Positions 1-8,830 of a stretch of DNA of 64,000 bases are shown in pieces. Below the pieces are notes generated by a model, which saw only the letters and a program-made list of their open reading frames with translations, was not told the DNA's origin and made no database searches. The stretch's first letter is position 1. Every line of letters starts with the position of its first letter. A program made the translations under genes and the position numbers. This DNA is from Candidatus Thorarchaeota archaeon (GTDB lineage: Archaea > Asgardarchaeota > Thorarchaeia > Thorarchaeales > Thorarchaeaceae). Where the stretch lies: NCBI GenBank assembly GCA_029855935.1, contig JAGSHN010000031.1, forward strand, positions 1 through 64,000, read 5' to 3'.

Positions 1-230
1 CAGCCTTCTCCTCAGTCTCAGCCTTCTTCTTGCGAGTGGTCTTCTTCTTTGCCGGCTTCTCCTCGGCCTTCTCCTCAGTCTCAGCCTTCTTCTTGCGGGT
101 GGTCTTCTTCTTTGCCGGCTTCTCCTCAGCCTTCTCCTCGGCCTCGGTCTTCTTCTTGCGGGTGGTCTTCTTCTTTGCCGGCTTCTCCTCGGCCTCGGTC
201 TTCTTCTTGCGGGTGGTCTTCTTCTTCACG
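1..230 (-). repeat. Tandem coding repeat (51-63 bp units) encoding KKKTTRKKK(A/T)E(T/A)EEK(AEEK)PA
   Basis: Four copies of ttcttcttgcg(a/g)gtggtcttcttctt visible on the + strand. Confidence 0.9.
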
Positions 231-622
231 CGGACGGTCTCTGAGGCCCTCGATTTCAAAAGATCTCCTACCTCGGCCAGCACAGGTCTCTCAGGCACCT
301 TCCTTGCAACCTGCTCTATGCGGTCTGAGAGCATGATGGGTAGTCCCACGTCCTCCTGATTGTACTCGGACGGGTTCGTGTAGGCAACGAAGCCGCTCTC
401 GCGGATGTAGGGCACGATGACACCCTGCGCCTCCCTCTCACGGAGTATCCGACGCGCAACGCTCAGTCGTATTCCGAATCGGTTTGCGATGTCGTACACA
501 GTCACGGACTTTGCCTTGGAAACGTATTTGTCAATCTCCTCCATCGTCTCCTCTTTGGGAAAGGCCTCGCGAATGATCTTCTCGCGAGCAGCGGCCGATC
601 TTCCCCACTTCTTTTTGCTCAC
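1..622 (-). CDS. rps25e: 30S ribosomal protein eS25 with long Lys-rich repetitive C-terminal tail (3' end runs off the window)
   Basis: Manual translation from GTG at 622: MSKKKWG...KSVTVYDIANRFGIRLSVARRILREREAQGVI, an eS25 winged helix. Not in the ORF track because no stop falls in the window. Confidence 0.8.
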   Translation of the reverse strand, partial: MSKKKWGRSAAAREKIIREAFPKEETMEEIDKYVSKAKSVTVYDIANRFGIRLSVARRILREREAQGVIVPYIRESGFVAYTNPSEYNQEDVGLPIMLSDRIEQVARKVPERPVLAEVGDLLKSRASETVRVKKKTTRKKKTEAEEKPAKKKTTRKKKTEAEEKAEEKPAKKKTTRKKKAETEEKAEEKPAKKKTTRKKKAETEEKA

Positions 623-628
623 TGTCAG

Positions 629-1318
629 ATGACTCTCCTAGTCTTTCTTGTTCGGGGTCAGCGCAACCTCTGGAACTCGACTTTTAAAGATGCTGTCATG
701 ACAAATAGACGACTGAAGATGAGGACAGTACGTATGCTGGCACAGGCCCGGGAGGTCCTAGAGAACCTACTGCGATATGCCTTCGACGGACAACACGCCC
801 AGCTCAGGATGATGAGGACAAAGGGGACGCTCGCCAGCGTTGCGTGGAAACCTCGCGAGGAGGACCCGGACATTCGAGTGAGGATCAGTCGTGTGGTGCT
901 GGGCTGGCCTGAGCCCGCGCTCATTGGACTTCTTGGCCACGAACTCTGTCACCCCATTGCTGGTGTGGATGATCCACAACCCGAACACAATGCCGACGTA
1001 GAGTGTGTGGAGCGTGGCCTGGGAGCATATCTGGCGCTGGAGAGGGCCTACACAGGGAGGTATCACGACCAGCGTCCACGAGGGAGAGGGCGTGATAGGT
1101 ACTTGGGGTATGCCTCAATCAGAGCAATGCTTGATGGACGTGACATCAATAGCCTCGATCGATTGCTTCGGGACTCGGGAGTAGTCCCTCACCTCGCAGC
1201 GGCACACCCTGCCCAAGAAACTGTTGTGACCGTGACCACCATCGACGGTCAGGTCATCATCGAGGATCGCACTGGCCCACTGCCAATACATACGTTTCCC
1301 GTGACTCGCCCGGAATAG
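629..1318 (+). CDS. Hypothetical protein with HExxH zincin motif (start uncertain)
   Basis: GLLGHELCH motif followed by a downstream acidic segment (EHNAD). Confidence 0.5.
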   Translation: MTLLVFLVRGQRNLWNSTFKDAVMTNRRLKMRTVRMLAQAREVLENLLRYAFDGQHAQLRMMRTKGTLASVAWKPREEDPDIRVRISRVVLGWPEPALIGLLGHELCHPIAGVDDPQPEHNADVECVERGLGAYLALERAYTGRYHDQRPRGRGRDRYLGYASIRAMLDGRDINSLDRLLRDSGVVPHLAAAHPAQETVVTVTTIDGQVIIEDRTGPLPIHTFPVTRPE

Positions 1319-1357
1319 GAACAGTGTGAGTGGGCATCATTCGGGACCGGGGGCAAG

Positions 1358-2671
1358 TCAACGCTCTCCCTTGCCGGACTCATCCTCGTCCGTCCTCGGC
1401 TCTATCACAAGCTTCTGCTCCGCCCAGACCCTCGATTTCGGAGGGATGTCGCGGTCGATGACGCAGCCAGGAGTGATTATCGAGTCGGTGCCAATACGTG
1501 TTGCGGGATAGACAGATGTGTTGACACCTATGACGACACGGTCACCCACGATTGCTCCAAACTTTCTCATCGGTATCTGTACGCGGATGTCCTCATATTG
1601 CAAGTACAGAGGCTTGTTATCCGGACGCCAGTTCCACATCTGGGCGCCTGCCTCGATGCAGGTATCGGCACCAATCAGTGAGTCGGCAAGATACGTCATC
1701 CGACCCACGTTGACACGGTCGAAGATCATCGAGTTGCGAATCTCGACAGCATACCCGAGATGCACACCGTCACACAGACAGGCGTAGTCTCGGACCAGAG
1801 AGTTGTTCCCTATGTACACGCCCTTACCAATGTAGACTGGACCACGAATTGTAGTACCTGGTCGGACAACACTCTCTTCACCGATGTACACAGGGCCCTC
1901 AAGGACGACATTCTTGTGAATCTCGGCTGACTCCGCGATGAAGGTCCCTCGGCCACGAAGCATCTTGTCCATCACAACACGATTGGCCTTCAGGATGTCC
2001 CAAGGCCACGTGAACTCAGCCCACTCGCGCTCCCAGACGGTGGCGGCAATCTTCTTCCCCGATGATATCATCGACTCGATTGCGCGCTCCATAGTCTCCT
2101 CTCTCTGAAGAACGTCGAAGATCTCAGTCGTGAAGACGGTGACGCCGCCGACAGCATAGTTGCTCACATACCTGTCCGGGCCGCCTTTCTCGACAAGCTT
2201 CTCCACAATGCCGTTCGGACCAATCCTGACCGTCCCAAATTGCTCGGGATTGGAGACAAGTGTGACGAGCATAGTGACATCTGCATCCATCAATCCGTGA
2301 TTGGCAATGGTCCGCGACACCATCTCGGGCTCTACAAGGACATCACCATTGACGAGGAGGAACTCGTTCTCGTCCTCTAGCTCGTCACGAGCCGTCAACA
2401 TAGCGTGTTCGACGCCTCGTTGTTCCCTCTGGTAGACATAGCGGATTCTGACACCCAGATCTTCGCCCTGCTGAAATCTCTCTGTGATCTCATCACGACC
2501 GTGGCCGACTACGATGACAATGTCTTTGATGCCATTGTCACGGAGGCTCTCGAGAATGTACTGCAGGACGGGGCGACCAGCGATCATCAGCATCGACTTC
2601 GAACGGTCGGTTGTGAGCGGACTCAGCCGGGCGCCCTTCCCGGCCGTTAGAACAAGGGCCTTCATCATCAC
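1358..2671 (-). CDS. Bifunctional sugar-1-phosphate nucleotidyltransferase/acetyltransferase (archaeal GlmU-like)
   Basis: LTAGKGARLSPLT..K nucleotidyltransferase motif plus C-terminal hexapeptide (LbH) repeats. Confidence 0.85.
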   Translation of the reverse strand: MMMKALVLTAGKGARLSPLTTDRSKSMLMIAGRPVLQYILESLRDNGIKDIVIVVGHGRDEITERFQQGEDLGVRIRYVYQREQRGVEHAMLTARDELEDENEFLLVNGDVLVEPEMVSRTIANHGLMDADVTMLVTLVSNPEQFGTVRIGPNGIVEKLVEKGGPDRYVSNYAVGGVTVFTTEIFDVLQREETMERAIESMISSGKKIAATVWEREWAEFTWPWDILKANRVVMDKMLRGRGTFIAESAEIHKNVVLEGPVYIGEESVVRPGTTIRGPVYIGKGVYIGNNSLVRDYACLCDGVHLGYAVEIRNSMIFDRVNVGRMTYLADSLIGADTCIEAGAQMWNWRPDNKPLYLQYEDIRVQIPMRKFGAIVGDRVVIGVNTSVYPATRIGTDSIITPGCVIDRDIPPKSRVWAEQKLVIEPRTDEDESGKGER

Positions 2672-2808
2672 TCAGATAATCAGCCGGCGTGCACGGCAAT
2701 AAAGTTAGCTCTTTGCACAAACTGCGGGCGCGTCCAATACGATAGTACAGATGCTACACGGGTTCACTCGCCGCGACTGGCGGGACCATGGAGGGGGCGG
2801 CCCAGACC

Positions 2809-3549
2809 TCAAGAGGGCGGACGCAGAGAGAAATAGAGCCGCTGCTTCCCTGCACCAACGTTCTTTGTCTTGCCAACAACAATTGACCCGATCTCGCGCG
2901 TGTTTGCCACGTGTGTCCCAGCACAGGCCGCGTAGTCGTAGTCATCGATGATGACCAGCCTGAATTCCTCCACAGACTTCGGTACCATCTCAAGGTACCG
3001 TGTCTGATAGCCCTTCTCCTGAAGCAGTGCTATGGCCTCTGCACGTGGTATGAACTCAATCTTCACGTCCATGCCACGGGCAAGTATGCTGCTGACCTGA
3101 GTCTCAATCTCACGCTTTAGCTCGTCGGTGAAGTGATCAATCGGTCTGAAGTCCGCGCGACTCTTTCCGGGATGAATCATATTGCCGACTGTCTCTAGAC
3201 CGTGAACAGTCTGTAGGTACCTTGACAGAACATGCTGTGCGGTATGAAAGCGCATACACTCGTACCGCCAGTCCCAGTTCAAGACGCCGTGGACGCTCGC
3301 GCCAGCTGAGAAGGGGGGTGCAGACTCCAAGATATGGCGGACCTCACCCCCACTCTTCCGGGTGTCAACAACCCGCACTGTGTGCTCGCCGTCCGAGAGG
3401 ACTCCTCTGTCCCCACTCTGTCCGCCGCCCTCGGGATAGAAGGCAGTCCTGTCGAGCACCACGAAGTCTGGCCCAACACCCGTGACTGTGGCATCAAACT
3501 CTCGAATGTAGTTGTCCCTCATATGGAGAAGCTCTGTCATGACCATCAC
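2809..3549 (-). CDS. alaX: Alanyl-tRNA editing protein AlaX-M
   Basis: LDRTAFYPEGGGQ, HTAQH and CAGTH zinc motifs. Confidence 0.9.
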   Translation of the reverse strand: MMVMTELLHMRDNYIREFDATVTGVGPDFVVLDRTAFYPEGGGQSGDRGVLSDGEHTVRVVDTRKSGGEVRHILESAPPFSAGASVHGVLNWDWRYECMRFHTAQHVLSRYLQTVHGLETVGNMIHPGKSRADFRPIDHFTDELKREIETQVSSILARGMDVKIEFIPRAEAIALLQEKGYQTRYLEMVPKSVEEFRLVIIDDYDYAACAGTHVANTREIGSIVVGKTKNVGAGKQRLYFSLRPPS

Positions 3550-3561
3550 AACTCCCTGCTC

Positions 3562-3990
3562 TCAGTCAATGGCCCCCAGACGGTGTCGCCTCCATTCCTC
3601 CACTGCTATGTTCTGAGCCTTCCTGACCTCGTCAGGCTGTAGTTTCGTGCGTAGAGCCTCAGAGGCTGCCTCGATCAGGCTTCGTACTCCCGCCTCGGTC
3701 TCCTCGACTGCCACACCCGACACGACAGCCTCAACGACATCTTCAGGCAGTCCTCGCTCACGGAGAAAGCGTGCTAAGGGCGTCTGAGAGAGAGGCACGT
3801 GGCCAGAGGCCATTGAGGGCTCAAGTCCAATGGCACGAATCCTGCTCTCGAACAAAGTGGTCACAATCTCTTGGCGATCTCGGACCTCAAGCTGCGGCGG
3901 CGGCTTTCCCTTCTCGAAGGCCTTCATCAGTCTCTTGACCTGTTTCAATGCGGGATGACCCTTCTTCTTCCTCCGCCCAAAGAATGACAT
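3562..3990 (-). CDS. Hypothetical protein
   Basis: Coding-like ORF co-oriented with alaX; no recognised motif. Confidence 0.6.
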   Translation of the reverse strand: MSFFGRRKKKGHPALKQVKRLMKAFEKGKPPPQLEVRDRQEIVTTLFESRIRAIGLEPSMASGHVPLSQTPLARFLRERGLPEDVVEAVVSGVAVEETEAGVRSLIEAASEALRTKLQPDEVRKAQNIAVEEWRRHRLGAID

Positions 3991-4135
3991 TGCTGCAGTG
4001 TCACCGCCGGTTTCAAATCTTACGATTCTCAGAGACGATAGATGCCCCGAGACCGTCCCTCTCTGAACACGGGCAAAACAGCAACTTTAAGGTTTTGTGT
4101 GAGTTGCGCGAGAGAGAATGAGGAAGTGACGCAGA

Positions 4136-4927
4136 ATGAGCAATCCGGAGAGGCGCGTTCTGGAAGACCTCGCGGCTGGCCGGCTGACTGTAGATGAGGC
4201 AAGGGAACGTCTTCGTAACTTGTCACTCAGACGTGTCGGCGAGATTGCGCTCATTGATGTGGAGCGCCAGAGACGGAGCGGCCTGCCGGAAGTCATCTAC
4301 GGTCTGAAGAAGACTGCGGACGACCTTGTGCAGATAGCATCGTCAATGCTTGAGAGCAGTGGCTTTGCCCTGGTGACGAGAATCAACAGGGAGAAGCTCG
4401 CACGAATTGTAGCGGCTTTCCCAGACGATGTTGTGCAGACGTGGGAGTATAATGACCATAACACCGTGCTCATTCACAGAACCGACTGGAGGCCAGAATC
4501 GTGCAGCGAGAGGATTGCAGTCCTCACAGCAGGTACATCCGACATTCCCTATGCCAATGAGACGCTCGCCATATCCAAGGTGATGGGCGTGGAGACTGTG
4601 AGGTTCTTTGACGTCGGTGTGGCGGGCATTCACAGACTGATCGATCCTCTGCGTACCATCGCGGAGAGCAATGTGGCGGCGGTTGTGGTCTTTGCAGGAA
4701 TGGAGGGTGCTCTGCCGACGATAGTCGCGTCCCTTGTCGACGTGCCAGTCATCGGCGTCCCTGTGCCGACGGGATATGGCCTTGGCGGAGACGGGGTGGC
4801 GGCGCTGATGGCCATGCTCCAGTCTTGTGCCCCAGGACTCAGCGTTGTCAACATAGGCAATGGTGTAGGGGCTGGTGCAGTGGCCTGTCTGATAGCAAGA
4901 GTGTGCGCGTCACGTAGAGAGGCCTAG
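4136..4927 (+). CDS. larB: Nickel-pincer cofactor biosynthesis protein LarB (PurE-like)
   Basis: GLPEVIYG..K, TAGTSD, DVGVAGIHRL, AGMEGAL and VVNIGNG motifs. Confidence 0.9.
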   Translation: MSNPERRVLEDLAAGRLTVDEARERLRNLSLRRVGEIALIDVERQRRSGLPEVIYGLKKTADDLVQIASSMLESSGFALVTRINREKLARIVAAFPDDVVQTWEYNDHNTVLIHRTDWRPESCSERIAVLTAGTSDIPYANETLAISKVMGVETVRFFDVGVAGIHRLIDPLRTIAESNVAAVVVFAGMEGALPTIVASLVDVPVIGVPVPTGYGLGGDGVAALMAMLQSCAPGLSVVNIGNGVGAGAVACLIARVCASRREA

Positions 4928-4941
4928 CGCCGTTTAGGCAC

Positions 4942-6096
4942 TCAGGGCTCGTGCGCGCGGGTCCCCTTTGGAATCTGATCTGCGACTCTGACATAGACCT
5001 TGGTGGCGGTGACAAGGTCATCGATAGACACGAACTCGTTCGGCTGATGAGCCTGTTCAATCGACCCTGGCCCACATATGACATTGATTATGCCAATCTT
5101 TGGTTGAAGCACGGAGCAGTCCGTGCCGTACGGAGCCGCACAAAGACCGGGCGAACGTCCGATGATGCTCTTGACAGCCTGCGACGCGACCTGTACTATT
5201 GGTGAGTCGAGAGGGGTGATGACGGCGGGCTTGCCGTGGACATACTCCACGCGCACGGTGTCGCCAAGACCCGCATCGCTCAGACGCGCTCTCATCTCGC
5301 TCAGCACACCGTCAAGGGTCTGTCCTCGTACAAGACGCATGTCCACCTCGGCCTCGCATCTGTCAGGTACCACATTGATCTTGACCCCGCCCCGAATCCG
5401 GCCGACGTTCACGGTGGGGGAGCCCATCAGCTCACTGGGCTCGTAGGAGTATCTCTCCCCTGTGAGAACACGTAGAGCGGCTATGCAGAGCTCAATCGCA
5501 TTGACGCCCTCTTCGGGGCGGGAGGCATGGGCAGCACGACCCACAGCCACCACACGCGTCCACAGCATGCCCTTCTCCCCGACGAACACGTCAAGATCCG
5601 TAGGCTCGGCGCACACGCCAAACTGCACGCCGGATAGAACACCACTCTTGGCCACCTCCTCGGCACCAGAACATCCACTCTCCTCATCGGCTGTGGCAAG
5701 GACGGTCAGTGGAGTAGAGGCGCCACTCTCGACATACAGAACAAGGGCCTCAGCCAAGGAGGCAACAGGACCCTTCATATCACATGCCCCGCGACCGTAT
5801 AGCCTTCCGCCGACAACCTCGCCTGCGAACGGGTCGTGTTCCCATTGCTCTTTGGGACCTGCGGGCACAGTGTCGAGATGACCGTGCAGGACGAGTGGGC
5901 CCGTACGACCCTCATGACTGAAGAAGACAAGATTGGGTCGGCGAGAGGAGCCGATCTGTCTAGATGCAATTCCGTACGCCTCAAGATGTTCCCGCAAAAC
6001 TCTCGCCGCCTCGGCCTCTCTGCCCGGCGGATTCTCAGAGTTCGCTGCAATCAGGTCTCTTGCCAGAGCCACAATCCTCTTCCTGTCAATCTCCAT
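4942..6096 (-). CDS. M20 family metallopeptidase (ArgE/DapE-like)
   Basis: HGHLDTVP, GRGACDMKG, DEESG and AHQPNE motifs. Confidence 0.9.
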   Translation of the reverse strand: MEIDRKRIVALARDLIAANSENPPGREAEAARVLREHLEAYGIASRQIGSSRRPNLVFFSHEGRTGPLVLHGHLDTVPAGPKEQWEHDPFAGEVVGGRLYGRGACDMKGPVASLAEALVLYVESGASTPLTVLATADEESGCSGAEEVAKSGVLSGVQFGVCAEPTDLDVFVGEKGMLWTRVVAVGRAAHASRPEEGVNAIELCIAALRVLTGERYSYEPSELMGSPTVNVGRIRGGVKINVVPDRCEAEVDMRLVRGQTLDGVLSEMRARLSDAGLGDTVRVEYVHGKPAVITPLDSPIVQVASQAVKSIIGRSPGLCAAPYGTDCSVLQPKIGIINVICGPGSIEQAHQPNEFVSIDDLVTATKVYVRVADQIPKGTRAHEP

Positions 6097-6537
6097 CAGG
6101 AGAGCTCACCACCTGTGCCAGCAGCATCTCAGATCCATACGATTCGGATGCTGACCATGCGATCCGACGGTCGTCAGGTACGACACCGAGGAGGTTTCCA
6201 CGGTGTCAGTCGTACAGACAGACACTGCCTGCGTAAAGTAGTTGGTGGTGGACAGAGATTCGTCACGACAGACCTACACGCTGGTACAGGCCCTACGACA
6301 TCCTCGCAGCATACTTATCTGTGCTCTTGTGTCTGAGATGACCGGTCGATGAAGCAGCTACCCCTGTCCGAGCATCAGCGATGACGAACCAAGAGCCGGC
6401 TGAGACCGCCCATACCCAATCGTGTTCTCCGCTCAAGCCATAGCTGGTCTATGACCGTTATGACTATCTCAAGTGTAGACACCGAGAGCAGGGGAGGGCC
6501 GAGACCTACACAAGTGGGACACAAAACAGGGCTGCGA

Positions 6538-6753
6538 CTACCGATTCTTCTTCTGCTGCTTCGCCCCTCGATAACGGTGATCGCAGGTCATTGAGAAAAT
6601 CAGTTGGTCCCTCTTCATCTCCACCGAGTATGTGTTGCCTGCTGTGTCCTCCACGAAAACGGGTTCGCCTCTCATGAACTTTCGGATTGTGCGACGCAGT
6701 CTCCAAGAGGTGATCCGATGGGACGACGTGCAGGTCTCGGCCATGTCTATCAT
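6538..6753 (-). CDS. Small hypothetical protein
   Basis: ORF with an upstream TATA-like element (ctatatat on - strand, ~6829-6836). Confidence 0.4.
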   Translation of the reverse strand: MIDMAETCTSSHRITSWRLRRTIRKFMRGEPVFVEDTAGNTYSVEMKRDQLIFSMTCDHRYRGAKQQKKNR

Positions 6754-6967
6754 CTCCGTTGGACGACGGTGTCAACCGACATCGCAACGGCAAATACGAC
6801 AACTATAGGAAACTTCCACTTGTCGTAATATATAGGGGCTGAAACAGACGATGGCTTAGAAATGGCCTGTAGAGGCCGTTTTCTGGCCCCTCTGAGGGAC
6901 GGACTCACGATGCTGGGTTGGATCTCGACAAACTCGTAAAATCATCAAAATCTGGCCGCAGTCTTAC

Positions 6968-7198
6968 TTAACAATCGGCCACGTCACTTTGAGGCCCACC
7001 ACGACCAGAAGTAGAGACATCAAGCACCCGCACGGAGAGTCGCCCCCTCAGTCGTGACACCACGACGGACTCGTCGCCGAACCTAAGGACGATCTCATCG
7101 CCCTCTCCGAGAAACTTGTCTGCACCGCTCGCAATGAGACTGTCTATGATGTTCTGTAGGCGGACACCGTACTCTTGTTCCGTGTCCAAGCACTTCAC
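6968..7198 (-). CDS. Small hypothetical protein
   Basis: Plausible globular sequence; no motif. Confidence 0.45.
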   Translation of the reverse strand: MKCLDTEQEYGVRLQNIIDSLIASGADKFLGEGDEIVLRFGDESVVVSRLRGRLSVRVLDVSTSGRGGPQSDVADC

Positions 7199-7344
7199 CT
7201 TCCATCGCGTAGCCTTGACTTGCGAGGTCTAGGGGGCTTGTGTAGGAGGGGGTGACCCATACGGTCAATATTAATCCTACGGGCACAGCGGCCGTCCATC
7301 TCTCGAAAGGCGACTGCTCCGTTGCCCGTGATGATGACGAGTGC

Positions 7345-8823
7345 TCAAGGGTTGTATGCAAACGGATGACGCGCAGAGAACCGTCTTGCCACGATCTCGT
7401 CGGTCGGCTGTCGGCCCTCAATGGCCCGCCGTAGTGCGAATCTGGTCGCCCTGAAGTTGTTGATGTGGACACGCTTCTCATTGCGGGCCTTCGGATGGAC
7501 GAAGACATTGACAGCAATGACTATGTCGTTGAGCAACTCCTCAGGCAGGATGCGGTCCGTGACGGTCCTGCGGATAGCGTCCTCAACCGCCTTCTGAGCA
7601 ACTTCGTAGACGAGATGCTTGTGGAACTCCGTAGTTATCGTCACGGTAGGGGCGAACACCGTCACTGGCTCCAAGTCACGTATCACATCCGACGGATGAA
7701 ATCCCTCGACTATCTTCCCCGCGTCCTCCAATGCCGCGGACATAGGACCATCCTTCAGACCCATCACGAGGTCAACGTGAGCCACCTCAAGCCCAGCACC
7801 TGCAAGGGCCTCTCCATGTAGGAGCATCAGGTCGGTCACCTCGTCTGGGACCATGCCCACCGCTTTCGGATAGGCCTCCGCAACAATCTGACGTTCGCCC
7901 ATTCGGAACGTGACCGTACCACGTGGTATCAGCTGGAGGTCCTCGAGACACGTTCTCAACTCATCAATGTCCTCGTAGCGGAGGACTCCGCCCTCAAGAA
8001 GCGGTGCCCGTGCCCTCCCGACGGGTATGCCCATCATGTTCAGTGCCGCCTTGACCGCGACACCACCTCCGCGATTGACTATGATCCGAACGGCCTTCTG
8101 GATGCTGCGCTGAATCAGAAAGGCCTCCTTGAGGTCTCCGCGTGCCAGAGCACTCTCCATCTTCAGGTACCGCGCTGGAAAGACGTTCGCGCTGGCTAGC
8201 ACAGCACCATCGCAGCCCGAGGCCAACGCAGGCAACGCGACCTCATCGTGACCCACGACTACCTGGAAGTTCTCGGGACGACGTACGAGTATCGTCGTGA
8301 GATTGACGAGGTCACCGCTGGAGTCCTTCATCCCGACAATGCCGTCGATCTCACGTAGACCGTCAATCACCGTCCAGTGGAGCGGCACCCCGGTCACCTG
8401 CGGGATGTTGTAGATGAATATCGGGATATCGCTGCTATTGGCAATCTTCTGGAAGTGTTCGTATATCTCCTTGGTAGATGGTCGGAGGAAGTACGGTGTG
8501 ACGACAAGTGCGGCAGAGGCGCCGAACTCTGCAGCGCGGCGGACCAGCTTGATCGCGTCATTGGTGTAGGCGGCACCGCAGCCAGCCAGAACAGGGACTT
8601 TGCCCTTGGCGGCCTCACACGCTATTCGAATGGCCTCGATACGCTCATTCAGATGCATATTTGTGAACTCGCCAGTCGTGCCGCAGGGAACGACACCCGT
8701 GGCGCCCGCACTGATGACATAGTCTATGAGACCGCGATACTGCTTCTCATTGACTCCCTCTTCATCGAAGGGGGTCACGAGCGCAGGATACACACCCTTG
8801 AACCGGAAGTCTTGTTCGGTCAT
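7345..8823 (-). CDS. DapA/DHDPS-family aldolase fused to a C-terminal formaldehyde-activating enzyme (Fae) domain
   Basis: GTTGE, YNIP and Schiff-base GMKDSSG. C-terminal GEALAGAGLEVAHVDL...VFVHPKA...N..AT..ALRRA resembles Fae. Confidence 0.85.
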   Translation of the reverse strand: MTEQDFRFKGVYPALVTPFDEEGVNEKQYRGLIDYVISAGATGVVPCGTTGEFTNMHLNERIEAIRIACEAAKGKVPVLAGCGAAYTNDAIKLVRRAAEFGASAALVVTPYFLRPSTKEIYEHFQKIANSSDIPIFIYNIPQVTGVPLHWTVIDGLREIDGIVGMKDSSGDLVNLTTILVRRPENFQVVVGHDEVALPALASGCDGAVLASANVFPARYLKMESALARGDLKEAFLIQRSIQKAVRIIVNRGGGVAVKAALNMMGIPVGRARAPLLEGGVLRYEDIDELRTCLEDLQLIPRGTVTFRMGERQIVAEAYPKAVGMVPDEVTDLMLLHGEALAGAGLEVAHVDLVMGLKDGPMSAALEDAGKIVEGFHPSDVIRDLEPVTVFAPTVTITTEFHKHLVYEVAQKAVEDAIRRTVTDRILPEELLNDIVIAVNVFVHPKARNEKRVHINNFRATRFALRRAIEGRQPTDEIVARRFSARHPFAYNP

Positions 8824-8830
8824 CTTGGCC

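Noticed and set aside
1-230. Tandem repeats as a CRISPR array
   Set aside because: In-frame coding repeats with no unique spacers; no cas genes or arrays seen anywhere in the window.
30-359. + strand ORFs with FFFAGFSS repeats
   Set aside because: Antisense shadow of the Lys-rich eS25 tail on the - strand.
6100-6500. Intergenic stretch upstream of the M20 peptidase as a gene or ncRNA
   Set aside because: No convincing ORF, repeat or stable structure that I can support by eye.
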